From Candidatus Limnocylindrales bacterium (lineage in GTDB: Bacteria; Chloroflexota; Limnocylindria; Limnocylindrales; CSP1-4): a stretch of DNA of 32,191 bases. Positions 32,055 to 32,191 of the stretch are shown here, piece by piece. A program made the position numbers and the translations under genes. The stretch lies in NCBI GenBank assembly GCA_036382135.1, contig DASVIK010000095.1, positions 1-32,191 on the forward strand, written 5' to 3'. Within the stretch, counting starts at the first letter, position 1. Each line of letters opens with the position of its first letter. Under the pieces are notes generated by a model, which was not told the DNA's origin, did not search any database, and saw only the letters and a list, made by a program, of their open reading frames with translations.

Positions 32055-32191
32055 ATGATCAGCACCGGCGAACTGCGCAAGGGCGTCGCCATCGAGCTCG
32101 ACGGCGAGCTCTGGCAGATCCTCGACTACCACCACATCAAGATGGGCCGAGGCTCGGCCCAGGTGAAGATCACCCTGCGCAACATCAAGCG
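32055..32191 (+). CDS. efp: elongation factor P, N-terminal part (3-prime end cut by window edge)
   Basis: MISTGELRKGVAIELDGELWQILDYHHIKMGRGSAQVKITLRNIK is the canonical EF-P domain I, including the KxGRG loop that carries the modified residue. Confidence 0.9.
   Translation, partial: MISTGELRKGVAIELDGELWQILDYHHIKMGRGSAQVKITLRNIK

Noticed and set aside
1-32191. Genomic island, prophage, defence system, or tRNA/rRNA genes.
   Set aside because: Apart from the Xer-type housekeeping recombinase there are no integrase, transposase, restriction, toxin-antitoxin or cas-like translations. I found no cloverleaf-like tRNA sequence or rRNA-like conserved stretch. Composition is uniformly GC-rich except in short intergenic patches. 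By eye the window is core housekeeping DNA.

Overview
No tools were used. Calls rest on reading the ORF translations for family motifs, start and stop context, Shine-Dalgarno (SD) sequences and repeats. All homology statements come from memory.

This is a very GC-rich chromosomal core segment (GC not computed). The shadow ORFs are R/G/P/D-rich, as expected in high-GC DNA. Gene content looks like a high-GC Gram-positive-type (Terrabacteria) organism, either a deep actinobacterium or a Chloroflexi-like lineage. I could not see any rRNA, tRNA, CRISPR array, transposase or prophage genes.

I support 27 CDS, and 23 of them are on the + strand:
- xerC/D-like (partial), murJ, femAB-like, femAB-like, murE, DUF2993/LmeA-like
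- rel
- hisS
- VOC (-)
- aspS, a poly-Pro membrane protein, an EamA transporter
- MobA-like nucleotidyltransferase (-)
- typA
- alkA-like (-)
- nifS/yrvO-like, mnmA, GDPD
- two small membrane proteins
- alaS, FtsA-like ATPase, 618-aa bitopic membrane protein, ruvX, mltG, pepP-like
- efp (partial)

Many junctions are 4-nt start/stop overlaps (GTGA or ATGA), which implies long translationally coupled operons. Several operon-first genes have a TANNNT box 7-9 nt upstream of the start codon, a leaderless-mRNA signature.

The best candidate for something undescribed is at 25454-28575. An FtsA-type actin-fold ATPase and a large single-pass membrane protein are inserted, with no or very small gaps, into the otherwise conserved alaS-ruvX-mltG string. 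The membrane protein has a beta-rich, baseplate-J-like ectodomain.

Secondary curiosities:
- tandem FemAB paralogs between murJ and murE
- a 3x tandem 34-35 bp repeat in the alkA/nifS divergent promoter region
- a 373-nt relA-hisS spacer carrying a thrice-repeated motif
- an AT-rich perfect palindrome in a 334-nt spacer
- a 218-bp element bounded by inverted repeats, containing a PPPG mini-ORF, just upstream of efp
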